Source: Trypanosoma brucei (lineage: Eukaryota). Taken from it: a stretch of 64,000 nucleotides of DNA. The stretch is taken from the NCBI GenBank assembly GCA_000002445.1, contig CP000070.1:1184001-1248000 (forward strand). The letters are read 5' to 3'. Below, piece after piece: positions 43,847 through 54,700 of the stretch; within the stretch, counting starts at the first letter, position 1; every line of letters begins with the position of its first letter. Position numbers and translations under genes: made by a program. The notes under the pieces were generated by a model, which saw only the letters and a program-made list of their open reading frames with translations, did not search any database and was not told the DNA's origin.

Positions 43847-44172
43847 TTGCTACACGCACGAACGCATTGGTCTTGATACGGGGCCTTCCCCATGAGGTGG
43901 GGCGAGGAGGCGCACCAACAGCAAAGAAAAAAGGAAGAAAAGGGAAAATTTTTCATACGTACGATAAAATCGGAGAGACCACAACACATCAGGACATAAC
44001 ACTACTGCGAGGGTGATAGAGCTTATAATCACACATGTTGCACAGATGGGTGGACAACGAGTTAAGATGTCATCCATGCGAACGCGAACAACGGTCTAAA
44101 GCAACGCAAAGATAATCCAGAGGTCTAATGCCGTTCAAACTGTGCGTTCCCTACACCCTATGCGAGGCGATC

Positions 44173-46377
44173 TTACATGGCGCGATGCACGGTTGGACGC
44201 AACTTGGTCATCGGCAGTACACAATTGATCGGAAGGACAGATACGTTGTCAACTTTGTCCCCCAATATGTTCATCTCGCGTCTCAGCGCTAACACCCTAT
44301 GGGACGCCGGGCACTGACCAACAACGGCAGCCAGACCACTGGGGGGAGGGCACCGCAGCGCCACCGTGGAAGGACTCTGCTTTACATGTCTTGGTGGCCC
44401 ATTTCTCACCGCCTCATAAATTGCCAACGTCACCTCGGCGGGTGTGCAGCCCTTCGCAGCCACCTTCTTAACACCGCTCGTTGGTTGGGCACTTGGTTTT
44501 GTTTCTTTCTGGACAGCGCCGTCGCTGCTGAACTTAACGCAACCCTTTTCATCGACGGTGAAACACGACTTTGCACGGTAGTTTCCCTTCTGCTCGCCAT
44601 ACCGTGGGTTTCGAAAAACCAAATGCGAAGCGAGGTCATACTCTGAATGACTAACTTCGTGACCCCGAGTACTGGGGTTCAAATCACTCAACCGTACGAA
44701 AAGTGTTGAGAGTATCTTAGTATTCTGTTGCACCACCTGGTCAACATCAATATCCGACGTACAGCTGTCGAGCTCGGCAACTTTTGATTGACTTACCGAC
44801 CAGTTCACCTCGCTAGAACTAACTTCCCCGCGGTAGAGTAGCGGGTCCCGCGCTGCTCTTCTGCTTAGTGGTGTACCAGACTGATCACACGAACTACATG
44901 GTGTTCGTTGCACTACCCTAGATGTGCATCGTTTGAGAAACTTATCCTTGTCTTGCAGCGCCTCCAGTATGAGGTTACGTTCTAAGCAGAGGACTACAGA
45001 GTTAACCGCGGCACAAAGTCCATGCCTGAGCTTATTCCCCGTGATACATTCTTCAAACCCCACACTATGACCCTGGGTCACAGTTTTCACTCCTTTATCC
45101 CCAGCAAGTGGTCGATCATCGGACTCACAACTGGTGAAAGAGCATGCACCGGAAACAATGATAATGCCCTCTGATGGAACTTTTCCACCTACTAATATAT
45201 GCTCCTTCCGGCAAACGGCCCGCAACCCCAGATACTTTGCAAGTTGATCAAGCGTACTGTCGTCGAATTCCGAAAATGCGGAAATCCTCTTTAGCACTTC
45301 AGAACTTATTGTACGGCGCATTAGTTGGTAGGCTGTCTTCATGCACGCTTTCCATTCGCTCACACTCACTATCTGTAGTAGTATCTTCAGTGGAATACTC
45401 CACAGCAGTGAGACCTTCACCGCAACGGCGGGGTGCTTTTCCTGCAGTGAAGAAGCTAACTCTGTCGGCGTGAAACCGTGCAAACCAATAGAATTCCCAC
45501 AGTTTGTGACATACTTAGGAGAACTTAAAATATTGCGGGCAATCTTGACACACCCTGACTGAAGAATATAAACTGTTTCAGAGTTAAAGATGTCGTCACA
45601 TAGATACTCTCCGGCACAAACTACGACAGGGGATAATGCCATCCATATGACGTTAAGTGTCGCACTTTCCAAACTAGCCAACACCGCATTTGCACTCAAA
45701 ACACGTTGAATTGTGGGTTTTTCATTTCCCTCGAGCATCCTTTCTTGTTCGTTTTCTTTGGCAGCACTAACGGTAGCCTCCAGAGGAGCGCCAAACTCCC
45801 TTTGAATAAACATTATCTCCCTGAACGGGACCCGGAATGCCAAGACACTGCTCTCGCAACGGACTGTTCTTCGATAGTTGGAATCCAGAAACAGATAATC
45901 CGCAGGCACAAACTTACCAGTCCTAAAGAAAACAAAACTATTTTCCGCACCATTTCCAAATTGCTCACGCACATAGCCTTTTGATGAAGACCTCGCTGTC
46001 CCACACGCCACCAAAGGGGCTCCATACGTCCCCGCCCCGCGCAGTTCATGTTTTGGAGGAACTTCAGATATTCTCCCCGACACAATCCAAAAAAGAGACG
46101 AAATCGCTCTCGGTTCTTCACCGTACGCAAGAACCTCACCCTTTTGATACGCCTCTAACACCATCTTGTTGCATATTTCTACAAGAGCCGCTGTTGGCCA
46201 CCGACTAAAAAGGTTTGATAGGCGCAGCCGCTCAATATCTAAGTGCACATCTGTTGCCCGAACATTCCGTCTGAACAAACGCCTTCGTGCCTGGCGAAGT
46301 TTGTAGCGCAGCCGGTCTTCAATCATAGGAATAGGGGTCTTCACCTCAGATTCATTCTGTTGAATCCCCAATCGCAT
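44173..46377 (-). CDS. protein with multiple cyclic-nucleotide-binding-like (cNMP/CAP-family) domains and no kinase domain
   Basis: 734 codons with ATG at 46375-46377. There are three segments with the cNMP beta-barrel pattern (G-E-hydrophobic ... spaced Gly ... hydrophobic run): YQKGEVLAYGEEPRAISSLFWIVSGRISEV, VVCAGEYLCDDIFNSETVYILQSGCVKIA and HILVGGKVPSEGIIIVSGACSFT. None has an intact phosphate-binding cassette Arg. No kinase motifs. Confidence 0.6.
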   Translation of the reverse strand: MRLGIQQNESEVKTPIPMIEDRLRYKLRQARRRLFRRNVRATDVHLDIERLRLSNLFSRWPTAALVEICNKMVLEAYQKGEVLAYGEEPRAISSLFWIVSGRISEVPPKHELRGAGTYGAPLVACGTARSSSKGYVREQFGNGAENSFVFFRTGKFVPADYLFLDSNYRRTVRCESSVLAFRVPFREIMFIQREFGAPLEATVSAAKENEQERMLEGNEKPTIQRVLSANAVLASLESATLNVIWMALSPVVVCAGEYLCDDIFNSETVYILQSGCVKIARNILSSPKYVTNCGNSIGLHGFTPTELASSLQEKHPAVAVKVSLLWSIPLKILLQIVSVSEWKACMKTAYQLMRRTISSEVLKRISAFSEFDDSTLDQLAKYLGLRAVCRKEHILVGGKVPSEGIIIVSGACSFTSCESDDRPLAGDKGVKTVTQGHSVGFEECITGNKLRHGLCAAVNSVVLCLERNLILEALQDKDKFLKRCTSRVVQRTPCSSCDQSGTPLSRRAARDPLLYRGEVSSSEVNWSVSQSKVAELDSCTSDIDVDQVVQQNTKILSTLFVRLSDLNPSTRGHEVSHSEYDLASHLVFRNPRYGEQKGNYRAKSCFTVDEKGCVKFSSDGAVQKETKPSAQPTSGVKKVAAKGCTPAEVTLAIYEAVRNGPPRHVKQSPSTVALRCPPPSGLAAVVGQCPASHRVLALRREMNILGDKVDNVSVLPINCVLPMTKLRPTVHRAM

Positions 46378-47909
46378 TCCTTCACAAACAGGTGGCGCCG
46401 GGGTCCTACTAAATCACTCGCCGCGCGCTCCACATTGGGGAGGAAAGCAAAAACAAGGGGGAAAGATAAAGAAAATTTAGCAAGTGTAAAAACCGGTTCA
46501 AGGGCATTTGCAAGCAGGGGGAAAAAACGACGTCCGTGGAGGTAAGTTTGGAATTAAAGGAAACGAAAGTCCCTAGCGGGTGCCTGAATATGCATAATGC
46601 TAGGAGTTCTTTCTCCTTAGAAATCTTGATTCGGTATTACACACGGCTATGGGGTCATTTGCATCGAAGCTCCTCTTGTTGGAGCTCCATTAACGCCTCT
46701 AGGTCATAACAGGTTCCTCCCAGTAACCAACAGCACCACCTTACCTCCTCACAACGGTTCACTGATACAAAGCTCCTCAATGATACATTGCCATCAAGAA
46801 AATTGACGAATACCGTTTCGGCGGTCCTATGGCATTGGGACGGTGCGGCTCTTTTCATTCTATACGTTGGCTACACGACACTATTAGGGTCATTTCCACC
46901 ATTTAACAGGCAGGAGCAAAAGAAAACAAGAGGAAAGAAGCGACACCTTTACCACTTCCGTAGGTAATGAATAAATTCAACCCAACACCCTGCGCATAAT
47001 TCCACACCCTAAAAATACGATGTTCCGAGCCACGTCAACCCACTGAACATCAACAGATTAATAATTTTTACAATAAAAACGAGCAAACAACAGGAAAGAG
47101 GACGGATATGCATGCAACAAACCTACATATAAAACCATACACTCACGTAATACATCCTAAACTACCCCGAAAGCCCCGCAGTCTACACCGACTGCCAGCG
47201 ACTCTACCCCGGAGCGTTTGTTCGGAGTGTCTTGGATATTGTGGTAAACGCTCCGTGTCACGGCCCAGCAATTTACGCAAGCAAACGAGCAAGGCCAATC
47301 AAAGCTGAACATCGAAAAAAAACAACAAAGACGCCCCAGGACCCACCTCAAGCACCGCACATGTTTCTCTCATTTGCGCTACCCGCAAATAGCGCTCAAA
47401 TATGCTCAAGGGAGAAGGAACTACACGTAGGATCGAGTACAGTTGCGTAGTCTGGGCAAGCTAGCGGAGCAAGTTAAAAAAAAAAAACATACACAAACAC
47501 GAACACAAACACACAAAATGGGTCCGCCAACACATACACAGTCGGACAAGATTCGTACGAGAGAGGAAAGACGTTGGCAATAAGAACAGCCATAACCCAA
47601 GAAGATAACAAAGTGTAGGGGATCCGAAACAACAAATCAAGGAACAACACTTACGGAAAAGCGCACAGAATAGTACTTACTTCAGATTTCCACAGACAAC
47701 TCAGCCCAATATCAAAATTATCAATACCACGGCAGTTGTACGAGAAATATAAGAGAAATAAAACACATTTGATCTGCACAGCTGTAGGGGTGATCACATG
47801 GAACAAATATTAAAAAATGAAAGGGTATAGGCGCAACAATAGCGTTATGTCACTAGAAGTGGAATTGACAAAAAAGTGTTATACTGTTTGACGGACGAGG
47901 CGGTGTACT

Positions 47910-50900
47910 TTATATCCACCGCTCGCTCTTTACAGTATCAATATTGCGAATGATCTTTGTTACAGCAGGTTTTCCCCCCTCAAGGGTACACGTTTTTAAG
48001 GTCTCCCATAGATGACGCCTATCATCATCTTCTTCGCTGCTTGTGTAGTCAACCAAATCGTGCCCAGGAACCACCTGTGAGGTTTCCTCGTTTATGAGGC
48101 ACTTGAACAGTGCCCTTTTTCTTGCTTGGGCTTTTAAAACTGTGGCGTCTTCGAATCCCGATGCTAATTTATAGGCAATAACAGCCTTTGACTGATTTTG
48201 TCTGTAGCACCGCGCAATTGCCTGTGACTCAACCTGAGGATTCCACCACGTGTCCCACAGAATAACGTGATTCGCCGCAGTTAAATCAAGACCGTACGCG
48301 CCAATCTGAGTGGACACAACCAAGCAGAGTACGTTCTTATCATCCCTGAACATCTCAACAACCCTTCGTCGACGTTGCTGGCAATCTTTTCCACGAATTG
48401 TAACTACACTAATCTTATAAGCCGTCAAGGTTCTTGCAATGAAGTCTTGCGACCCAATGTATTGTGAAAATATCACAGCCTTTTCCATCTTCTCGAAAAT
48501 GCTGTGTAAAATCGAAATGAGGGCTGTTAGCTTACCACTGAGCGCAACAAAGTCGGCCAGTTTCCCGTTTTCAAGCAAACTTGAACAATCCTTCGCTAAA
48601 GCGTCATCATCACGGCTAAGCCTGTACGTTCCCAACTCTTCGAACTCCCCTGGTTCTTCTTCGATATCAACTTGACCTGTTCTCCATATACCGGTCAAAA
48701 AACCCAAGAAACACAGTGGATGTGTTGAAAGGTGGTATGGCCGATGTTCGGACGCCTTCAGACACAATAGGTTATCTGTTGCATCGACTTTAATGCGCTC
48801 CTCGAACATTTTCTGCTGCACAGCGGAAAAGTTGCATATAATAATGTAGTCGTGCAGCGGTGGAAGATCAACCTTCATAACGGTAAAGACATAGGGGCTC
48901 ATCCACTCGTGGATATATCGTTGTGCGAAGAGAGCATCACAAAAAGCACTATCATCACCGTTAACATAGCGGTTGATAGAGTTTGAAAACTCGTTAAAAT
49001 CGCGTTGCGGCAATGTGGAATGAACCTTGTCATCCACCCACCCAACAAGACGGTAGAGTTCCTCAGCGTTATTCTGCACCGGCGTCCCAGTGAGTACTAC
49101 CCTTGCCGAGCAATACAAACTATCCAGTACCTCCCTCAGTTTACTTTCCTTCGACGATATGCAATGGCCTTCATCAACGACTATGAGAGCGGGGCGGAAC
49201 CCCTTTACCCTCGAAAGAAATGATTTGATGTAGCCAGGATTGATGACAAAGACGTAACTCTTCTTAGGGTTAGTAGTTGTGCCTTGTTGTTCATAGTTAC
49301 TGAGATCATCCTCGAAGGAGCTGGAGTCCACGTTGTTTAGTACAATAAACCCCGGGAATACGAGACCATAGTCCTTCCACTTTTTCGCCTCCTGCATCCA
49401 GTGTTGAAGCAGTGTCTTCGGCGCAACGATCAGAATGTCACACGGCCCATTGTTGTAAATATAAGAATAGCAGATCGTCAGTGAAACCAGTGTCTTCCCA
49501 AGTCCCATTGTTAACGCCAGCACACAACCGTCTCCTTCCTTGATACGACGTGAAACAAATCTAAGGGCCGCATGCTGAGTTAAGCTCAGGGTCTTTGCTA
49601 TTTTGAAAGGAATACACAAAGGTGGAAGGTGGCCGGTGACTCCGTTCAAATTGACCACGCTGTCTGCGCTGTCAGCATGCAGACGATCGCTCATGATCTG
49701 GTTCCGGAGTCTCATGCTCCGCTCCGTTTCACATGTGTGGGACATCAACCCACACCGCAGATAGCATACAATGCTGATTCGTCTCCAACTTCCTTCACGA
49801 TTGTGTACTTCCGTGTTTCCGTGTTCCAGAGAACTGTCGAAAAATAAGACATCACCAACCTGAAGACAGAAGGCCTTGCGCGCACTTTTTAAGGCTAGGT
49901 AGCACCCCTCGTAATTACCGTCAAGTACGCAGAGTGCAGTAAGACCACCGCGAAAGTCACCTTTGTCTCGATGAACGGCGGTTCGAAAGTTCTTGTTCAC
50001 ACTTACAGTACTGAAAACGGTGTTGAATAGCATGTACTCAGGCGGTATGACCCTGCGCTGAAGTTCGTAATGGTCTGGGGCGTTTTCCTTGTATAGTTGA
50101 TCTAACAACTGCAGTAACTCACCACACGGTCCGATAATCTTACCCCAGTTCCTGCGTGTGAACTCAGTCATGCGGCACTTACGCTTCGTTGGATTGTTGA
50201 GATAGTCGTAATAGCCAAGGATACCCGTGTCCGGATTTCTCACACCACCATTTGTCAATCTCCGCATATTTTGTTTGGTAGCCACTCCCTCCACATCAGC
50301 TGCGGCACGTCGACAGATATCTTTATCAATGCCACCACGTATAAAGATGGCCTGCACACGCTTTCCGGTTGGGTCCAGCAAAACACTATCCTCGGTCACC
50401 AGCTCAAAATCCTTTTCAGAGAGGTACTCTGAAACCTTGCCTGTAGGGATGTCAACCACCTCGGTACCGGTAACGTCAAAGCCTTCATAAATATCATCCA
50501 CTGCATCCAGAGCAACAGGCGCAATGTTTACAGCTGCTTCAGCAGCATTGCGAGGGAATGGATCCATCGAACCGTCTAGATGGACCACAGTCCTCTTGAA
50601 TTGAACGTCCACGCGCTGTCCGAGAGGAAGCCTCTGTGTGAGAGCACCAGCTCGGAACTGACGGCGAAGTTCTTCACATACATTTTGCACAGGTCTGATG
50701 TGCAGAAGCGGAACAATATCGTACGCTTTTTGATATTCCTCATCAGAAGCGGTAACCAGTTCCGCACAGAGGTGGACAATTCGACATATGTAATCGCGAG
50801 GGTGGTAAAGAAGGCGGCACGGTAAGGATACACCTGGAGCCGTCGGGAATGTCTCCTCCAGGTTGCTGAACAGGGCCAAACGCTCTGCATCAGTCTTTAA

Positions 50901-51143
50901 CCCGTAGTAGTCTTTGCATAGCCTGGTAAGAGAAGATTCTGACATCGGTATTGGTGGTAGAATCGTGATGCCACCTTTCGGGATACTCACTAACTTCATT
51001 CCATGATTTTTAGCCTCGTCAACGATAACATCAAGTTCACCCAAGAAGGAACCGGGTATAACGATCGCTGGCTCACTCGTTACTAAGACAGTTTGTAGCA
51101 CCTGCTGCAGCACTTGAGACGCCCCATCCATAAACATAGGCAT
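47910..51143 (-). CDS. JBP2: J-binding protein 2: JBP-type Fe(II)/2-oxoglutarate thymidine hydroxylase domain fused to SWI2/SNF2 ATPase
   Basis: The N-terminal half carries the TET/JBP dioxygenase signature TAVHRDKGDFRGG (HxD) ... LEHGNTEV (distal His) ... SWRRISIVCY (2OG-binding Arg). The C-terminal half carries SNF2 motifs: LALTMGLGKTLVSL (I), LIVVDEGHCISS (II, DEGH), VLTGTPVQNNAEELYRL (III) and the helicase-C block CLVVSTQIGAYGLDLTAANHVILWDTWWNPQVESQAIARCYRQNQSK (V-VI). The track start at 51290 is GTG and is followed by a hydrophobic junk peptide. The first ATG is at 51141-51143 (MPMFMDGAS), giving 1077 aa. That is the length I recall for T. brucei JBP2. Confidence 0.93.
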   Translation of the reverse strand: MPMFMDGASQVLQQVLQTVLVTSEPAIVIPGSFLGELDVIVDEAKNHGMKLVSIPKGGITILPPIPMSESSLTRLCKDYYGLKTDAERLALFSNLEETFPTAPGVSLPCRLLYHPRDYICRIVHLCAELVTASDEEYQKAYDIVPLLHIRPVQNVCEELRRQFRAGALTQRLPLGQRVDVQFKRTVVHLDGSMDPFPRNAAEAAVNIAPVALDAVDDIYEGFDVTGTEVVDIPTGKVSEYLSEKDFELVTEDSVLLDPTGKRVQAIFIRGGIDKDICRRAAADVEGVATKQNMRRLTNGGVRNPDTGILGYYDYLNNPTKRKCRMTEFTRRNWGKIIGPCGELLQLLDQLYKENAPDHYELQRRVIPPEYMLFNTVFSTVSVNKNFRTAVHRDKGDFRGGLTALCVLDGNYEGCYLALKSARKAFCLQVGDVLFFDSSLEHGNTEVHNREGSWRRISIVCYLRCGLMSHTCETERSMRLRNQIMSDRLHADSADSVVNLNGVTGHLPPLCIPFKIAKTLSLTQHAALRFVSRRIKEGDGCVLALTMGLGKTLVSLTICYSYIYNNGPCDILIVAPKTLLQHWMQEAKKWKDYGLVFPGFIVLNNVDSSSFEDDLSNYEQQGTTTNPKKSYVFVINPGYIKSFLSRVKGFRPALIVVDEGHCISSKESKLREVLDSLYCSARVVLTGTPVQNNAEELYRLVGWVDDKVHSTLPQRDFNEFSNSINRYVNGDDSAFCDALFAQRYIHEWMSPYVFTVMKVDLPPLHDYIIICNFSAVQQKMFEERIKVDATDNLLCLKASEHRPYHLSTHPLCFLGFLTGIWRTGQVDIEEEPGEFEELGTYRLSRDDDALAKDCSSLLENGKLADFVALSGKLTALISILHSIFEKMEKAVIFSQYIGSQDFIARTLTAYKISVVTIRGKDCQQRRRRVVEMFRDDKNVLCLVVSTQIGAYGLDLTAANHVILWDTWWNPQVESQAIARCYRQNQSKAVIAYKLASGFEDATVLKAQARKRALFKCLINEETSQVVPGHDLVDYTSSEEDDDRRHLWETLKTCTLEGGKPAVTKIIRNIDTVKSERWI

Positions 51144-52304
51144 TGCCGTAACTGGTAGCGTAAAGAGGGGGTAAATAATGTAGTGAACAAAGAGGAGGAA
51201 GGAAAGAGTGAACGTCAGTGGTCTCGAGAATGACCGCAGGAATCTGCGTACTGAAAAGGTGCGAAAATGGAGTAACCGGGTAGCAAACACAACCCAAATG
51301 CAACATTCACAACTGCATATGCAAAGTAAACTACCTCCTTCACTACCTTCCGCAACACTTGTTGTGGTATTCAGTAGCAGAAAATTTGTCCCAAAACAAC
51401 ACTCCTACAACCCAAAACATGGAGGTAACAAGCCAGTTTAAGTCTACGCTAGTTTGCGGAATTTATCAGCATTGAGCCCTACACACGTGGATGGAAGACG
51501 CTTTCCTCTGTATTGCTTCACATATTCTCATCTCTGTTCGACAAAGAGTGAGCGCCCTGTACTGGCTTCATGTAAATAAGGGAAACATCATTTGTCTTCA
51601 TTCGCGTAGGTATTTTATCCAACAAAATCGGTTTCGTGTGTGTCCTATGGAAAAGGGTATAACTTTTCGCACAGATATTTTGAAATTATGCTTACCAAGG
51701 ATTCTAATGTGTATCTACATGAAAACAAGGAAAGAAAATCAAGCAGAACCAGGGGTACTTATTGTCCCATGAGCAACGCGGCTGCGGCCCAGGCACATCA
51801 TAAGAAATACACGATATGGTACACTCCCTCGTTTCTTTTGGGTAAGGGGGAGGTTTAATTTTTCGACATGTACACTTGTTGTGCAAATTACGCCACCCTT
51901 TAGCCCGCAACACCTGACATTATTTCCCCTTTGTCATAGAAGGATCCTCGCCACCTCTTACTGCGTGTGCTCATGGCGGCGTAGTAGGTGAGCCACCTTT
52001 GTGCCGTGTACACTGATACCCATTTCAAAGTACCCGTACCTACTGCTCCGACACCTCCTGTGCTCATCAGCGGCGCCGTACCAACGCCAGAAAGTAACTG
52101 GGAAGAGAAACGCTTACGAACAGTGGAGATGAAACGGGACGTAACAAACTCTAGCTCGATATAATTAGTTAAATCTTTGTCGCCAACTCGTATATTCGCA
52201 CACGTTGCCTTGGAAAAATAAATTAAAAAGTATCAACCCCCAAAGTCCGAGGGCGTGGATACGTCACGAATGAAATCCATTCCAACACACCAAACAAGGA
52301 ATGT

Positions 52305-53234
52305 TTACTTCCATGGAACACGCCGAGTGTCAATAAGTTCTGGCCCGCAGTGTTGTAAAAGCTGGCGAAGAGGGGGGCAGCTTACTAAATACGGTGGCAC
52401 TCGAAAATACGGATTGCGCTTAGACCTTGTTCTTCTTCCTGCATCACAGAGGTACATATCTTTAGATACAGAAGACAAAGCATTCTCATCGGTATAAGGC
52501 TTTGCCACCTGATAAGGCTGAAGATCTTCCACAAAAGGTTCAGCATCAGCGAAATCAAGTCCGACATAAGTGAATTTGTCAGCTGGAAAGCGTATTGCTT
52601 CTCTGTGGTACATTGTGAACCGCTCTGCCTTGTGCTTCCACCCAACAACAACAACCGATCCCGGAAAATGGCCTGTTACTTCATAGAACCGCGCAATACT
52701 AAATAAAAGGTTTTCGTATGAGTCTCTCGCAAACTCTTCGGTAAAAATTCTCCCATTCATAATATCCTTTGCCACATACTCAGGTTCAAATATGCCAAAG
52801 AGCTTTGACTCTTTTGCAACAATATAGTAACCCAAAGCTTCACTCCTCGGTCCCGCAATACCACACGTTTGACCACCTGAAAAAATTAGAATAGAAGTGT
52901 TTATTTGATCTCTAAGAATTTCCAATCCGCGTCGTATATGGGAGGCGAAACATAAAGGTAGAACAACGCCTGCTCGCAGTTGATGGGGTTCTAGGCACCA
53001 TTCGCTTTCGTTCTTCCATTCAGATGCATTTGGTGCATTCAGCACTCCGTGTCCAGGAACAATAATGAGTGTGTCCGTAGAAAGGTATTTAGGGTTAGCT
53101 TCCCTTTCTGCTGCACCACCCGGCGTGTCCGCTTGCAACAACAGTTTGGCACGTAGCAACGAAAACATTAAAACAATGAAGACAATTGCAATTAGTGGCC
53201 ACGTGCGACGCTTGTTTCTAAATCGTGTTCGCAT
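52305..53234 (-). CDS. DUF218 / YdcF-SanA-like domain protein with N-terminal signal anchor
   Basis: ATG at 53232-53234. One N-terminal TM helix (WPLIAIVFIVLMFSLL). The DUF218 pattern is LIIVPGHG ... ILIFSGG ... ARDSYENLLFS (conserved GG plus DSxEN). Confidence 0.68.
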   Translation of the reverse strand: MRTRFRNKRRTWPLIAIVFIVLMFSLLRAKLLLQADTPGGAAEREANPKYLSTDTLIIVPGHGVLNAPNASEWKNESEWCLEPHQLRAGVVLPLCFASHIRRGLEILRDQINTSILIFSGGQTCGIAGPRSEALGYYIVAKESKLFGIFEPEYVAKDIMNGRIFTEEFARDSYENLLFSIARFYEVTGHFPGSVVVVGWKHKAERFTMYHREAIRFPADKFTYVGLDFADAEPFVEDLQPYQVAKPYTDENALSSVSKDMYLCDAGRRTRSKRNPYFRVPPYLVSCPPLRQLLQHCGPELIDTRRVPWK

Positions 53235-53467
53235 TACCTATTAGTCGTACAGTTGTTTGTGTATGCAGATGTTAACCACATCAAACCTTCGTATCTTCAC
53301 CATAGTTAGGAGGAATTAAAGGAAAGAGGGGTAGCGAAACCAATATGACACTGACAACGACATCATGCACATGCACAAATGGAATCTTATAGTGACTCTG
53401 TACGTCGCATTGTCACTTCACAAATATCATTACGTAGCACAACTCGCTGGCAGCATAAGTGTATTAT

Positions 53468-54373
53468 TCAATAAATTGTACGCTTACGGGTGTTTATAGT
53501 GTCCAGCACCGTGGTCGTTATCAAATTCTGATTTCCGGGATATAAAATTTCGAATGGGCCTAGAACAAAATCAATAGACGCCTTGACCGCTGCTTCGATA
53601 GACTTATCAAACACCGGGAAACGAGCATTCCCCATTACCCGGATGCAGTTTGCAACACGTGTAACAGCGCGCCTAATGTCTGCGTCAAACCTATCGTATG
53701 CAGATTTGGCCGACTCGGTAGCGGTAGTTGCTGTTGCTGGACTGACCCATATAGCACCATTTGTGCCAAGAACCAGATTTACGTGTATGAACTCCAAACA
53801 CATAAAGTGGTGCTTGACACGTTTAACAAGAGCTGGTGAAATTAGTACCAGTAAACCAAAGTCGGATAGCTTCCCATACTTCTCTCCTGATCGGGTGTGT
53901 AAGGATATCAGGCCATCTTGAGAAACGCGCTGCACCTCGGCAACGACCAACTCCCCTTCGTCAAATATGTTCCTCATAGTAAGTTCATCACTTCGGCCCC
54001 TCCTCCTCAGGATGCCACCGGGTTCAGTGACATTAGCCAAAGGCATCACTGCATCCTGAAAGGCCCCAACATCAACACGCCATCGGTTACCACATACTTC
54101 CTTAACGCGCCCGACCACAATATCACCAACCTCTGCGACGTACCGGGAAGACATACCTTTAACTGAGACAACTCTGTCTGTTACTTCAACCATCCCATTG
54201 ATTGAGGCAATAATTTCTCCACCACCCTCTTGTGCTGCAGCTGCACCGTTCGGGTTGTTGCCTTCGTAAGTGTTGTATCCTCGGAGGAAAACATGATCTT
54301 CAACGTAATCGAGTTTTGAGGGGCCCGCAGACCCACAAATGGTGTCACCTGTTATGCACGTCGGGACACTCAT
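53468..54373 (-). CDS. RRP4: exosome complex subunit RRP4 (N-terminal domain + S1 + KH)
   Basis: Rrp4 layout: N-terminal VxPGDxI-like MSVPTCITGDTICG; S1 domain YVAEVGDIVVGRVKEVCGNRWRVDV...DELTMRNIFDEGELVVAEVQRV; KH-like C-terminal GAIWVS...IRRAVTRVANCIRVM. The track start at 54451 is GTG. In-frame ATGs lie at 54442 and 54373. The 26 residues between them are hydrophobic junk, so 54373 is the probable start. Confidence 0.85.
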   Translation of the reverse strand: MSVPTCITGDTICGSAGPSKLDYVEDHVFLRGYNTYEGNNPNGAAAAQEGGGEIIASINGMVEVTDRVVSVKGMSSRYVAEVGDIVVGRVKEVCGNRWRVDVGAFQDAVMPLANVTEPGGILRRRGRSDELTMRNIFDEGELVVAEVQRVSQDGLISLHTRSGEKYGKLSDFGLLVLISPALVKRVKHHFMCLEFIHVNLVLGTNGAIWVSPATATTATESAKSAYDRFDADIRRAVTRVANCIRVMGNARFPVFDKSIEAAVKASIDFVLGPFEILYPGNQNLITTTVLDTINTRKRTIY

Positions 54374-54700
54374 CACTACGAAGAGAGTAAACAAACAGTA
54401 GAGAAAACGATAGTAAAACAGAGGGGTTCGACAATGATGCATGATTTTCACAACAACGAATTAGCCGAACAACAGATTTGCGTGACAAAAAGGAAAAAAT
54501 ACGAACCACAGGCAAGTTAGAGGTCTAGGGGCTGTAAAGGGATGCAGGAAAATACAATTACGTGGCTGGATACGAAGCAGAGAGAAGAGTAGTGACCCAA
54601 AGTCGAAAGCAAAGTCAGAGAATACAGTATTTGCTAATGTTAATAACAAGGGAAAGAACGGCAGGAACGGACAAATTAAGTCGCGTTACTTCTTAAAGAA
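54374..54700 (-). promoter_or_regulatory. purine-rich (plus strand), i.e. pyrimidine-rich on the transcribed minus strand, leader and putative SL-acceptor region of RRP4
   Basis: The plus strand at 54374-54700 is dominated by A/G runs (gagaaaacgatagtaaaacagagggg, aaaaggaaaaaatacgaacc, gggaaagaacggcaggaacgg), giving polyY-AG elements on the minus strand upstream of the RRP4 ATG. Confidence 0.4.
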
